Origin: Candidatus Velthaea sp.
GTDB taxonomy: Bacteria > Vulcanimicrobiota > Vulcanimicrobiia > Vulcanimicrobiales > Vulcanimicrobiaceae
Length of the DNA stretch: 64,000 nt
NCBI GenBank assembly: GCA_965214935.1
Contig: CBDCCS010000021.1
Span: 288,001-352,000 of the forward strand
Direction of reading: 5' to 3'
The stretch's first letter is position 1; every line of letters begins with the position of its first letter. The notes under the pieces are model-generated. The model worked only from the letters and a program-made list of their open reading frames with translations, did no database searches and had not been told where the DNA came from. Positions 46,879 to 56,579 of the stretch are shown here, in pieces. Made by a program: the position numbers and the translations under genes.

Positions 46879-48291
46879 TTGTCAACCCGCTTGCGTTTTG
46901 TTTCTGCCGCCGTTATTGTCGCTATCGCTGCGCTAACCGGTGCAGCGTATATCAGCCGTGCATCCGCCGACGATGGTGCGCTCGTTTCTCAGACCGGCAC
47001 GCGTATCGCCGGCCTCGATCTCAGCCTGCTCGGCGGCTCTAGCGGCGATGCGGATCGCGATATGATCACGATGGCGTTCAACCGCGTTCAGAGCGGATAT
47101 TACAAGACGTTCGACGATCAGACGCTCATCACGGGCGAGCACAAGGCACTCGTCGACTTACTGCACGTTCGCCACATTGTGCGTCCCGCGTTACCGTCCG
47201 CACTTGCCACCGGCGATCGCGGTCGCGACCTCGCGGTCGTTCAAAACAGCGTAACGGCGGCAGCCAAGCTTTATCCGAAGGCTGCGACGCGCGATGAATA
47301 CACGCAAGTAGCGATCGCCGGTATGTTGACGTCGCTCGGCGACCCCTATACCGTCTATTTGCCGCAGCGCGAAATTAGCGCGCTCGAAGAACAACTACAA
47401 GGCGGTAATTTCGGCGGCATCGGCGTCTACATTCAGCAAGACCCGGCGACGGGAGCGATCGTTGTCGATCCCATTGAAGGCAATCCGGCGATGAAAGCCG
47501 GCGTGCGGCCGGGCGACGTCATCGTCGCAGTCGACGAACAGTCGACGCTCGGCCAGAAACTCGATGCCGTTGAAGGCTGGATTCGCGGGCCGCTGGGCAC
47601 CGCCGTGCGGTTACGCATCCGACGGCACGATACGAAAGCCACGCAGGTCGTCCGCGTGACGCGCGCCGATATTCACGTGCCGTCGGTCCGGGCTAAGATC
47701 GAGGGGAATATCGATTACGTGCGGCTGGCGGAATTCGGTCAAAGCTCGGCCGACGAAGTCCGCGCGGCACTCCTCGACGGCAAACGCCGGCACGCCCGCG
47801 GGTACATATTGGACCTGCGTAATAACGGCGGCGGCCTGCTCGATGCAGCCGTCGATATCTCGAGTCTTTTTATCCCGCAGGGCACCATCGTTTCAACGAT
47901 CGACCGGGCCGGCGAGAAAGAATCGAAGTCCGCGACCGGCCGGGCGATCGGCGTTGCACCGCTCGTGCTCCTCGTCAATAAATACACGGCGAGCGCGTCG
48001 GAGATCACTGCCGGCGCCGTGCAAGACTACCATGTCGGCACGCTCGTCGGCACGCGCACCTTCGGTAAAGGCGTCGTGCAGAGTCTCTACAATTTGCCCG
48101 ATCACAGTGCGCTCAAAATTACCACCGCGCGTTACGTTACGCCGCTCGGCCGCGACATCCATCACAAAGGCGTCGTTCCCGATGTCACGATCGACCAACG
48201 CGTCGACCTTCCCATTATCGATACGCCCAACGACAGACAGCTCGCGGCGGCGAAGTCGATCATTCTCAAGAAAGACGCAGCTACCAGATAA
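46879..48291 (+). CDS. S41 carboxyl-terminal processing protease (CtpA-like), copy 1
   Basis: DPYT, PDZ FGGIG, LDLRNNGGG, TASASEI and TFGKG motifs; TTG start after GAGG. Confidence 0.9.
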   Translation: MSTRLRFVSAAVIVAIAALTGAAYISRASADDGALVSQTGTRIAGLDLSLLGGSSGDADRDMITMAFNRVQSGYYKTFDDQTLITGEHKALVDLLHVRHIVRPALPSALATGDRGRDLAVVQNSVTAAAKLYPKAATRDEYTQVAIAGMLTSLGDPYTVYLPQREISALEEQLQGGNFGGIGVYIQQDPATGAIVVDPIEGNPAMKAGVRPGDVIVAVDEQSTLGQKLDAVEGWIRGPLGTAVRLRIRRHDTKATQVVRVTRADIHVPSVRAKIEGNIDYVRLAEFGQSSADEVRAALLDGKRRHARGYILDLRNNGGGLLDAAVDISSLFIPQGTIVSTIDRAGEKESKSATGRAIGVAPLVLLVNKYTASASEITAGAVQDYHVGTLVGTRTFGKGVVQSLYNLPDHSALKITTARYVTPLGRDIHHKGVVPDVTIDQRVDLPIIDTPNDRQLAAAKSIILKKDAATR

Positions 48292-49712
48292 TGAACCGTT
48301 ACCTTCCCGCCGCATTGATTCTTTCGCTGTCACTTATGCCGGCCGCAGTCCCGGCAGCGGGCGTTCGGACTGCCGCACCGGCACTCACGCCGCAGGAAGC
48401 GAACGAGCTCATTACGAGCTACGCGCACCTAACGACGGATTACTATAAAAAGGTCGACAAACAAGCCGTCTTAGACGGCGTCCGCAATAACATCGTCACC
48501 TTTTTGCGCGCCAACGGCATAGCCAATCCGACGCTCCCCGCTTTACGCGCCAGCGACGACGATGTCGCCAACGCGCACGAACTCGAACATGAAGTTTCGA
48601 GCGCCGTTGCAACGTATGCACTGCGAGCCGGCGGCAAGAACGGCAGTAAGGCCGGGGCGACGAACATTACGTACGCGGCGATTTCCGGTGCACTTAGTTC
48701 GGTCAAAGATAAATATACCGTTTTCCTTTCGCCCAAAGACTACGCGGACATCAACGAAAGCCTCGACGGTACGAAGTTCGGCGGCGTCGGCTTAACGTAT
48801 GACATCGACGATCAAACGAAGGGCATTCACGTCCAGAACGTCATCCCGGACGGTCCGGCCGAAAAAGCCGGCGTGCTCAATGAAGATATCATCACGCAAA
48901 TTAATGGTCAGCCGGTGGCCGCTCTTGTTAGCGGAAAGCCGACCGACGTGCAAACCAAAGTCATTCAAGGGCTGTTGCGCGGTGAGCCGGGGACGAAGGT
49001 AACGTTGACCGTTAGCCGCAGCGGCGACGTTCAGACCTTCGTCGTTACACGCGCGACGATTCACTCGCCGAGCGTGCTGGGACGATTGTTGCCCAACGGA
49101 ATCGGCTGGGTTCAACTATCCGTGTTTGGAGCGGATACCGGCAAAGAACTCGACGCAGCGCTGCGCCGGCTCGATGCTCAAGGCGCGAAAGCATTCATTC
49201 TCGACTTGCGTTCCAACGGCGGCGGCTACCTTAATGCAGCCGTCGATGTAAGCTCGAAATTCATTTCGTCGGGGCCGATCGTTACGGTTGAATCGCGCGC
49301 CGGTACGGACACTGAATACGATGCACTCGATACGGCGATCGCTCCGCGTCCGTTGGCGGTTCTCGTGAATCATTACACGGCGTCGGCGTCGGAAATTACC
49401 GCCGGTGCAATTCAAGATAGTGGTGTCGGTGAGATCATCGGCACACGCACGTACGGAAAAGGCGTCGTTCAGTCGATTTTCCCGCTCGGCGACGGCTCCG
49501 CAGTGAAGATCACGACCGCGCGATATTTAACGCCGCACGGTCGTGATATCAACACGATCGGCATCGAACCTGAGATCCTTTCGGATTTGCCGAAAGACGC
49601 ACGTATCAAAGCCGGCGATCCGACGACCGACGTGCAACTCGGCGCGGCGATCACGTATCTGCAGAAGCAAATTACGGCACGCACGGGTACGGCGACAAAT
49701 CCGACGCCGTAA
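48291..49712 (+). CDS. S41 carboxyl-terminal processing protease (CtpA-like), copy 2
   Basis: DKYT, FGGVG, LDLRSNGGG, TASASEI and TYGKG motifs; TAATG coupling to copy 1. Confidence 0.9.
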   Translation: MNRYLPAALILSLSLMPAAVPAAGVRTAAPALTPQEANELITSYAHLTTDYYKKVDKQAVLDGVRNNIVTFLRANGIANPTLPALRASDDDVANAHELEHEVSSAVATYALRAGGKNGSKAGATNITYAAISGALSSVKDKYTVFLSPKDYADINESLDGTKFGGVGLTYDIDDQTKGIHVQNVIPDGPAEKAGVLNEDIITQINGQPVAALVSGKPTDVQTKVIQGLLRGEPGTKVTLTVSRSGDVQTFVVTRATIHSPSVLGRLLPNGIGWVQLSVFGADTGKELDAALRRLDAQGAKAFILDLRSNGGGYLNAAVDVSSKFISSGPIVTVESRAGTDTEYDALDTAIAPRPLAVLVNHYTASASEITAGAIQDSGVGEIIGTRTYGKGVVQSIFPLGDGSAVKITTARYLTPHGRDINTIGIEPEILSDLPKDARIKAGDPTTDVQLGAAITYLQKQITARTGTATNPTP

Positions 49713-49745
49713 TACCGATTGTCCGGCTCGCTAACTCCTAACGAA

Positions 49746-49786
49746 TAACGCCGTCTCGATCTCGGCAAACGAGACGAACGGCGTTA
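49746..49786. terminator. Stem-loop between the convergent S41 and rne genes
   Basis: TAACGCCGT (49746-54) pairs with ACGGCGTTA (49778-86), with an inner CTCG/CGAG stem. Confidence 0.5.
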
Positions 49787-49940
49787 CGTGAATCCCGACC
49801 TTGCGGCAATACGCGTCGAGCGAACGACCGCGCTCGGCAAATACCGGGACATCGGCAACCCGAACGTCTTACTGCCACATCGATGATCGAGCGTATCGAG
49901 ATTGGTGGTCGTGCCGTCGCAAGCGACCGACACGCTTACC

Positions 49941-52900
49941 TTATTTCTTTTTTCGCGTCGTCGTCTTCTTCGCGCCGGCCTTTTTCACGGCGGTTTTCTT
50001 TGCGCTTCCCGTCGACTTCTTCGCAGCGGTAACTTTCGCCGAACTCACTTTCACCGACGAACCGCTCTTCTTTGCCGTCGCTTTTACCGCCGTGGCTTTT
50101 ACCGCCGTTGCCTTGCGCAGCGCAGGTGCAGCGGCTTTCACCTTGGCCTTGGCGCCGGACGCTTTGCTGCCGGGTTTAACCGGCGCTCGGCCCGCCGGTG
50201 CCTCGGGTGCGGCTGCCGGTTCTGCGACAGGCGTAGACGCTGCCGCGCGCGTGCGTGTGGCCGGACGAGTTGCCCGATTAGGCGGCTGCTTCTGAACTTC
50301 GGGTGCTTTGACCGCACCACGCTTAGGCCGCCCTTGCGCCGGTTCTTCCGCCGGTAACTCCGCACGATCCGGCTCGCTCGCCGGTGCCGGCAGGGCGTGG
50401 ATTTTCGTCGATTCGATCTGCGCGGGAGAAGTCGGCTGCGAGCTTGTCGTCGGGCGCCGGCGGCGTGCCGGCGTAGTTACTTTGACGTCGTCGGCCGCTT
50501 CGGGCGCGACGAGCGACGGCGGCGGGGCATCGACGGCGATTTGGCCGGGTCGCTGAGTGTAAGGTTCGATTGCACGCGACGGCTCTCTGGGCGCGGTTTC
50601 ACCGGTTGCGTGCGCAGCCCCGTCGGTATCGACCCGAAAGATATGGCGGTCGGGCAGCGCCGGCGAACTTGCGGCATCAACGGCAACGCCCTCGGCAACA
50701 CCCCGGCCGCGCCGTCGACGGCGCCGGCGCCGGCGTTTCGGCTCGCCGTCCGCGCTTTCACCGGCTTGAGCGGTATCGTCGCCTTCGGCGGCAGCGGTCA
50801 AGGCGTCTTCCGGTTCGCCTTCGTCAACCGCCTCATCGCCGCCGACGGTATCGGGATCGGCCAACGTCAGATCCGTCGGAACCGGTACGTTTGCAGCCGT
50901 GAACGGAATCGGCTCGGCGTTGCCGCCGCGACCACGCCGGCGTCGCCGCCGGCGGCGCCGCGTTCCGTCACCGGTCCCGGTCGCCTCGGTGATCGGGATA
51001 ACGTTGTCCGCGGAATCGTCAGGATCGTCCGCGCCGACAGCCGCGAGACGGTCGTTGACGGGCGGCGGTGCAATTGGAACCGGCCGGGACGGCGGCGGCG
51101 CCGGCGGCCGAACGCGGGCAGCCGGTGCAATCGGCCGCGGCGCTACCGGAGCATCGGCGGCCGGCGGCCGAACACGATCGCCGGAAAGCGATTCACCGGG
51201 CATCATGAGCGCTCCGGAAAGCGATTCGCCCGGCAGTTGGACGACCGCGCCGCGGCCTACGACGCTTGCGGCCGGCTTCGATACCGGCGCGATACCTTTG
51301 CTGACGCGTTCTTCTGCCACGACGGCAACGGCGATTTTCGGGTCGGCCTTCTCGTCTTCGGCTTCTTCGGTGGTCGAGATACCGATCGCGGGGCGAGCCC
51401 CAAGTCCCTTAGCGGCCTCCTCGGCAAGTTCGCGCAATTCTTCGGCTTGCTCCTCAGCGGTAAGCGGCTTAGTCCGACCGCGCCCGCCACGCCGCCGCCG
51501 GCGCTTGCCGTCGCCTTGCGGACTGAAGCTCGCAGCAACCGCCGGCGTCCGAGGCTCGGCGAGGATCTCGGCACCATCGACGTCGATGATCCGGATCTTC
51601 ATCGCATTACCGGCCTGGTTGCCCGCATTCTCGACTTCGACGAGACGGCCGTTCACGACACCGAGGGCCGACGTGCCGCTGGGCGTACGAACGCTGAGCA
51701 AGTCGACGTCGTACTCGTCACCGACTCGAACCGCGGGCAACTCGGGCAGGCTTCCGTTGAACGATATCCGCGGTTTTTCCGGGTGAACGGCCGCATCGAC
51801 CCGCACGTCGATGGCTTTACCGATTTGCTCCGATAGAACTTTGAGCTCGTCTTCGTACCAGAACTCGACTTGCGCTGCAACGTTCGGCGAAGCCGCGATG
51901 TGCACGTGCTCGCCGTGTCCGTCGGCATGGCCGGCAATTTCGCGAAACGTTGAGATGGTGACCGATTCGGGCGACATCACCGTGCCGAGTCCGCTGCACG
52001 TCGGGCACGCCCCGCGAAGTTGTCCGCTAAGATCCTTGCCGACGCGTTTGCGCGTAAATTCGAGCAAGCCGAGCGGCGAGAACGATTGAATGGTCGAGCG
52101 CGTACGGTCTTTGCGTAAGCCGGCCTCGAGCGTCGCAATCACCTTGTTGCGATTGCCTTCGGTGTTCATATCGATGAAATCGCAAACGATGATGCCGCCG
52201 ATATCACGCAGACGGACCTGACGCGCGATCTCGGCCGCTGCCTCGATATTCGTCCGAACGATCGTATCTTCGAGGTTTTTCCCGCCGGTAAATTTACCCG
52301 AGTTGACGTCGATGACCGTGAGCGCTTCGGTGGTCTCGATGACGATCGATCCGCCTGAGGGAAGTTTGACGGTCGGCCGCATCAGCCGCTGCAATTCCTC
52401 ATCGATCTTATAATCGCCGAAGAGCGCGCGGCCACCCGGATACGGCTTAATGCGTTCGAGATATTGCGGACCGAGCAAACGCATAAAATCGCGGACGTTT
52501 TCGGCTTCCGCCGGGTCGTCGATATACACGTTCTCAACTTCGGGCGTGATGAAATCGCGCGCCGCTTTATAAACGAGATTCATGTCTTTGTGCAACAACG
52601 CCGGCGACGGCGCGCGTTTGAAGTTTTCGAGTATTCCGTGCCACATGCGAATGAGGACGCCGAGATCGGCAACGAGCTCGGCCGACGAGACTTTATTGGC
52701 GGCGGTTCGCACGACGGTCGCCATGCCTTCGGGCCGGATCGCCTTCATGATGCCTTTGAGCCGGTTACGTTCCTCAGCCGTCTCAATTTTTCGCGACACG
52801 CCGCTGTATTTGCCGGTCGGCATGAGGATCAGGTACCGGCCGGGCAGCGAGATATTCGTCGAGATGCGCGCGCCTTTGAGTCCGCGCGGCTCCTTGACGA

Positions 52901-53216
52901 TCTGTACGAGCACGTCGTCGCCGCGATTAACTTTTTCGTTGATCGTCCATCCGCTGCGTCCCGACGTAATCTCGACATCGCCGATATTCAGCGGCGTTTT
53001 ATTGATGTCGTCGACGTAGAGAAATGCGTTGCGTCCTAGACCGATATCGACAAAGCTCGCGCCCATGCCCGGCAGTACGTTCTGAACTTTTCCTTTGAAG
53101 ATCGAGCCGATGACTTTTTCTTCGCGCTCGACATAAATCTCAGATAGCGTCCCATCCTCGAGAATCGCGACGCGGTTTTCCCACGGATCGCTCGAGATGA
53201 GAATATCGGTTGGCAA
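49941..53216 (-). CDS. rne: Rne/Rng-family endoribonuclease with TRAM-like domain and long disordered C-terminus
   Basis: S1 domain, KEPRGLKGARIS, IDVNSGK, DIGGIIVCDFID and CPTCSGLG Zn-link motifs; more than 500 aa of low-complexity tail. Confidence 0.9.
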   Translation of the reverse strand: MPTDILISSDPWENRVAILEDGTLSEIYVEREEKVIGSIFKGKVQNVLPGMGASFVDIGLGRNAFLYVDDINKTPLNIGDVEITSGRSGWTINEKVNRGDDVLVQIVKEPRGLKGARISTNISLPGRYLILMPTGKYSGVSRKIETAEERNRLKGIMKAIRPEGMATVVRTAANKVSSAELVADLGVLIRMWHGILENFKRAPSPALLHKDMNLVYKAARDFITPEVENVYIDDPAEAENVRDFMRLLGPQYLERIKPYPGGRALFGDYKIDEELQRLMRPTVKLPSGGSIVIETTEALTVIDVNSGKFTGGKNLEDTIVRTNIEAAAEIARQVRLRDIGGIIVCDFIDMNTEGNRNKVIATLEAGLRKDRTRSTIQSFSPLGLLEFTRKRVGKDLSGQLRGACPTCSGLGTVMSPESVTISTFREIAGHADGHGEHVHIAASPNVAAQVEFWYEDELKVLSEQIGKAIDVRVDAAVHPEKPRISFNGSLPELPAVRVGDEYDVDLLSVRTPSGTSALGVVNGRLVEVENAGNQAGNAMKIRIIDVDGAEILAEPRTPAVAASFSPQGDGKRRRRRGGRGRTKPLTAEEQAEELRELAEEAAKGLGARPAIGISTTEEAEDEKADPKIAVAVVAEERVSKGIAPVSKPAASVVGRGAVVQLPGESLSGALMMPGESLSGDRVRPPAADAPVAPRPIAPAARVRPPAPPPSRPVPIAPPPVNDRLAAVGADDPDDSADNVIPITEATGTGDGTRRRRRRRRRGRGGNAEPIPFTAANVPVPTDLTLADPDTVGGDEAVDEGEPEDALTAAAEGDDTAQAGESADGEPKRRRRRRRRRGRGVAEGVAVDAASSPALPDRHIFRVDTDGAAHATGETAPREPSRAIEPYTQRPGQIAVDAPPPSLVAPEAADDVKVTTPARRRRPTTSSQPTSPAQIESTKIHALPAPASEPDRAELPAEEPAQGRPKRGAVKAPEVQKQPPNRATRPATRTRAAASTPVAEPAAAPEAPAGRAPVKPGSKASGAKAKVKAAAPALRKATAVKATAVKATAKKSGSSVKVSSAKVTAAKKSTGSAKKTAVKKAGAKKTTTRKKK

Positions 53217-53454
53217 GTTAGGCCTCTCTCATGGGCCGATGCCGCAATCGTAAACTTCGCGAACTCACCTTACGGCGACTCGAGCGGACGATCGGGGCTC
53301 CGCCCTTCCTCAAAAAGATTTAATCGAATTCAGCCGCAAGGGACGATCCAGCACTTCCGTGCGACCACCCAGCTTGGCCGCTGTGATCATTCCTTCTCGC
53401 GAGGTGGGGTCCTCTCGACGATATCCTACTGCTTACGAGCACGAGCAGGCCGCG

Positions 53455-54582
53455 CTACGAGCGGCCGTTCGCCTTGACTCGCTCGTCGAAGACAAGCCGG
53501 TCGCGTTGCAGGGCGATATTGAGCAAGATACCGACTGCAATGAAATTTGTCAGAATCGAACTTCCGCCGTACGACATGAACGGCAGCGGAATACCGGTGA
53601 TCGGCATGATGCCGATCGTCATGCCGATATTGACGATCATGTGAAAGGCGAGCATTGCAACGAGTCCGACACCGAGCAAAACGCCGAACCGGTCACGCGC
53701 GGCGAATACCGCCCGTAAGGCACCCACGACGATCGCCACGTACAAGGCAAGCAACACGAGCGCGCCGGCATAGCCGGCCTCTTCGCCCACCACGGTAAAA
53801 ATAAAGTCGCGACTATGTTCGGGCACAAAATTTAGTTGCGTTTGCGTGCCTTTATATAAGCCTTTGCCGAACAGCTCACCGCTGCCGACCGCAATCTGCG
53901 ACTGATTGAGATTCCAGCCGGCACCCTGGGGGTCGGATTTCGGATTGAGAAATACCAGCAGACGCGCGCGTTGAAACGGCTTGAGGATTTTCTCACTGGT
54001 CAAGACGAATGCGGCAGCGGCCGTTACCGCGCCGGCGTAAATACTAAAGTCGATGAGATTCGGTAGACCAAAAAAGAGTTCGGCACTCAGGATCGCGCCG
54101 ATCACCAGCGTCGTCCCTAAATCCGGTTGCTTGAGAATCAGTAGCGCCGGAATGCCGACGGCAACGAGCGGTAATGCCAACTCTTGCAACTTGCTAAACG
54201 AACGACGGCACAACAACGCGGCAATGGCGATTGCCAGCGAAAGTTTGGCGGGTTCCGACGGCTGAAACGTAAACGACCCAATCGAAATCCAGCGCTGTGC
54301 GCCGAGCGCGCTATGCCCTTTGAGCAAAATGAATGCGAGCAATCCGACATTGATGCAATAGATCGGTAACGCCCAGCGCTGCCAACGGTGATAATCAACG
54401 AAAGCCAGCCCGAACATCAGGCCGATGCCTAACAATGCGTAGATCGACTGATTGCGAACTTCATTCGATTCCGTGGGCGTATGCAACGTCGCAGAACCGA
54501 TGAAAACGATGCCGGCGGCCGTTGCCAGAACACACGCAAGCGCAAGCGGCCAATTGAACGACGCATACCACGGCCGATCCAC
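53455..54582 (-). CDS. rodA: Rod shape-determining protein RodA (SEDS)
   Basis: GAQRWI, QPSEPAK, QPDLGT, PEHSRDFIF and GIPLPFMSYGGS motifs. Confidence 0.92.
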   Translation of the reverse strand: MDRPWYASFNWPLALACVLATAAGIVFIGSATLHTPTESNEVRNQSIYALLGIGLMFGLAFVDYHRWQRWALPIYCINVGLLAFILLKGHSALGAQRWISIGSFTFQPSEPAKLSLAIAIAALLCRRSFSKLQELALPLVAVGIPALLILKQPDLGTTLVIGAILSAELFFGLPNLIDFSIYAGAVTAAAAFVLTSEKILKPFQRARLLVFLNPKSDPQGAGWNLNQSQIAVGSGELFGKGLYKGTQTQLNFVPEHSRDFIFTVVGEEAGYAGALVLLALYVAIVVGALRAVFAARDRFGVLLGVGLVAMLAFHMIVNIGMTIGIMPITGIPLPFMSYGGSSILTNFIAVGILLNIALQRDRLVFDERVKANGRS

Positions 54583-54642
54583 GCCGACGCTTTCGCGCCG
54601 GCATGGCCGTCACCCCGCGCCGCTGCGTTTGGGCCGGAGCGT

Positions 54643-55200
54643 TTAGAAGTTGTACTTCGCTTTGATCTGCTGCGCCATTTGCAAGTGCATTTGGATCTGC
54701 GGCAAAGTCGACGTAGCATACGCAACGACCGGCTGGCTACTTCCACCCTGGATCTCGGGCGTGAAGTTGCTTGCAATATTTGCTTGGTGGCCGGTGATTT
54801 CGCTATTGATGTAGAGCGCGTCGAAAGCCGGTTCGGGCGTATTTGCAAGCGATTGCGCAACCTGCGCTTGCGCCGGGCTAACACTTGTGGGCGGCGGAAC
54901 CGGACTGTTCGCCGTTGCAGCGATCGGCGCGAGCGTTTGCTCTTCCTGGGTGTGCTGCGTAACCATCGTCTGCGCAAACGCGATGACGTCGGGATTTGTC
55001 GACTTCTGCTGGGCGAGCGTGCCGGCTGAAATCTCCGAGTTCGACGATTGCGTCGCGCCGACGATGAAGTTCGTATCAACTGCCGAGGCCGGCGCTATAG
55101 GGGCAACCGGAGCCGGCCCGCTGTTCGTACTGTTACAAGCCGCGAGCAGTACGGTAAGGCCGACAAGTGCACCGCCCCGCGACAGAAAATGAAAAGGCAT
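54643..55200 (-). CDS. DUF4142-family lipoprotein
   Basis: Lipobox LAAC; EI..G.LA..K...V..FA..MV..H, FD..Y and LP.I..HL.MA pattern; AGGAG RBS. Confidence 0.82.
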   Translation of the reverse strand: MPFHFLSRGGALVGLTVLLAACNSTNSGPAPVAPIAPASAVDTNFIVGATQSSNSEISAGTLAQQKSTNPDVIAFAQTMVTQHTQEEQTLAPIAATANSPVPPPTSVSPAQAQVAQSLANTPEPAFDALYINSEITGHQANIASNFTPEIQGGSSQPVVAYATSTLPQIQMHLQMAQQIKAKYNF

Positions 55201-55297
55201 CAAAGTCTCCTAGAAAGCTGATGCGCTTAACATTCCATCGTGCACTGCCGGACAATACGGCTGACTCCCTCAGGAGCCAAGCGGCTGCGGCGCGCCG

Positions 55298-55723
55298 CTA
55301 TCCTACAACGGCAGGCGCGGAGTTGCCGGCCCGGCGCCGCCGCCGGCGACGGCGTGTCGCCGGGGCTGCGGGCGCAGCCGGCTCGGGTACGACATCCATA
55401 CTCAACGTCGCCGTGCGCGTTCCACCGCCAACCGCCGGCGGCGGAGCCGGAATCGAACCGGCGCCGGGTCGCGACCGCAGGGCCAAGATCGGTATGTTCG
55501 CGAGCACCGCTACGGCGGCGTCTTGCTGCTCGAACGAAACGTCGCAATTCGCTTCATCGACTTCAACGTACTTAGAAATAACGGCGATGAGATCGGCACG
55601 TAGCGAGGCGACGACGTCGGGAGCGAGCGATAGATGGTCGGACAGCAGCACGAGCCGTAAACGCTCGCGAGCAGTCGCGCCGGATGTTTCGGGGACGAAA
55701 AGTTTACGGAAAAATTCGATCAT
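55298..55723 (-). CDS. minE: Cell division topological specificity factor MinE with C-terminal extension
   Basis: MIEFFRKLF amphipathic helix, ARERLRLVL.SD, LIAVISKYV and ANIPI motifs, then a Pro/Ala/Arg tail. Confidence 0.9.
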   Translation of the reverse strand: MIEFFRKLFVPETSGATARERLRLVLLSDHLSLAPDVVASLRADLIAVISKYVEVDEANCDVSFEQQDAAVAVLANIPILALRSRPGAGSIPAPPPAVGGGTRTATLSMDVVPEPAAPAAPATRRRRRRRRAGNSAPAVVG

Positions 55724-55728
55724 CGCTT

Positions 55729-56577
55729 TTAGCGTCGGCCTCCCAAGAATGCGCCCAACTTTTGCAGCATCGTCGGCGGTTGCGGAATATCGGGTACCGA
55801 CGAATCGGTACCGGCGATGCGCCCGGCGATCGCGCGGTATGCAGCGCCGGTAACCGAAACGGCATCGAGCGCGAGCGGCTCGCCCTTGTTCGTCGATACG
55901 ATCACGCCCGGCTCGTCGGCGATGACGCCGAGAAGCGGTAAGCGTAGAATCGCATTGACGTCTTCGACCGACAGCATCTTTCCGCGCCGCACGAGATCGG
56001 GACGCAACCGATTGACGATTAATTTGATGCTCGATCGATTGCCGAGCAACCCGACGACGCGGTCCGCGTCGCGTACGGCCGCAACTTCGGGCGTGCAGAC
56101 AACGATCGCTTCTTGCGCGCCGACAATCGCGTTGATGAAGCCCTTTTCTATTCCCGCCGGACAATCGATGAGGACGTAGTCGAAGCGGTCGCGCAGCGAA
56201 TCGATGAGACCGTGCATCGCTTGCGTATCGACATCGTCTTTTTCGCGCGTTTGGGCCGCGGCGAGCAGGCGCAACGTCGGAACGCGCTTATCGGTGACGA
56301 GTGCATCGTCGAGCGTCACGCGCCCCTCGAGAACGTCGAGCACGTGGCTGCGAACGCGCGCTTCGAGTCCAAGTACGATGTCGAGATTGCGCAGGCCGAC
56401 GTCGGCGTCGACGAGCGCAACGGTCGCACCGCCCATCGCAAGCGCCGTACCAAGATTCGCCGTCGTCGTCGTCTTGCCGACGCCGCCTTTTCCCGAGGTA
56501 ATAACGATCGCGCGTCCGCGAACGTGCGGAACCGCGCTCACCGGCGGCGCCGCATCGTCGTGCTGCAACTCACGCAT
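55729..56577 (-). CDS. minD: Septum site-determining ATPase MinD, copy 2
   Basis: TSGKGGVGKTT, DADVGLRNLD, DCPAGIE and RDADR motifs; C-terminal MLQKLGAFLG membrane helix. Confidence 0.9.
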   Translation of the reverse strand: MRELQHDDAAPPVSAVPHVRGRAIVITSGKGGVGKTTTTANLGTALAMGGATVALVDADVGLRNLDIVLGLEARVRSHVLDVLEGRVTLDDALVTDKRVPTLRLLAAAQTREKDDVDTQAMHGLIDSLRDRFDYVLIDCPAGIEKGFINAIVGAQEAIVVCTPEVAAVRDADRVVGLLGNRSSIKLIVNRLRPDLVRRGKMLSVEDVNAILRLPLLGVIADEPGVIVSTNKGEPLALDAVSVTGAAYRAIAGRIAGTDSSVPDIPQPPTMLQKLGAFLGGRR

Positions 56578-56579
56578 TG

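Noticed and set aside
50397..51836. Long antisense ORFs (479 aa and 295 aa opposite rne; likewise 8797-9942 and 3149-3994)
   Set aside because: Shadow ORFs expected in high-GC coding DNA; no motifs, and they fully overlap well-supported genes.
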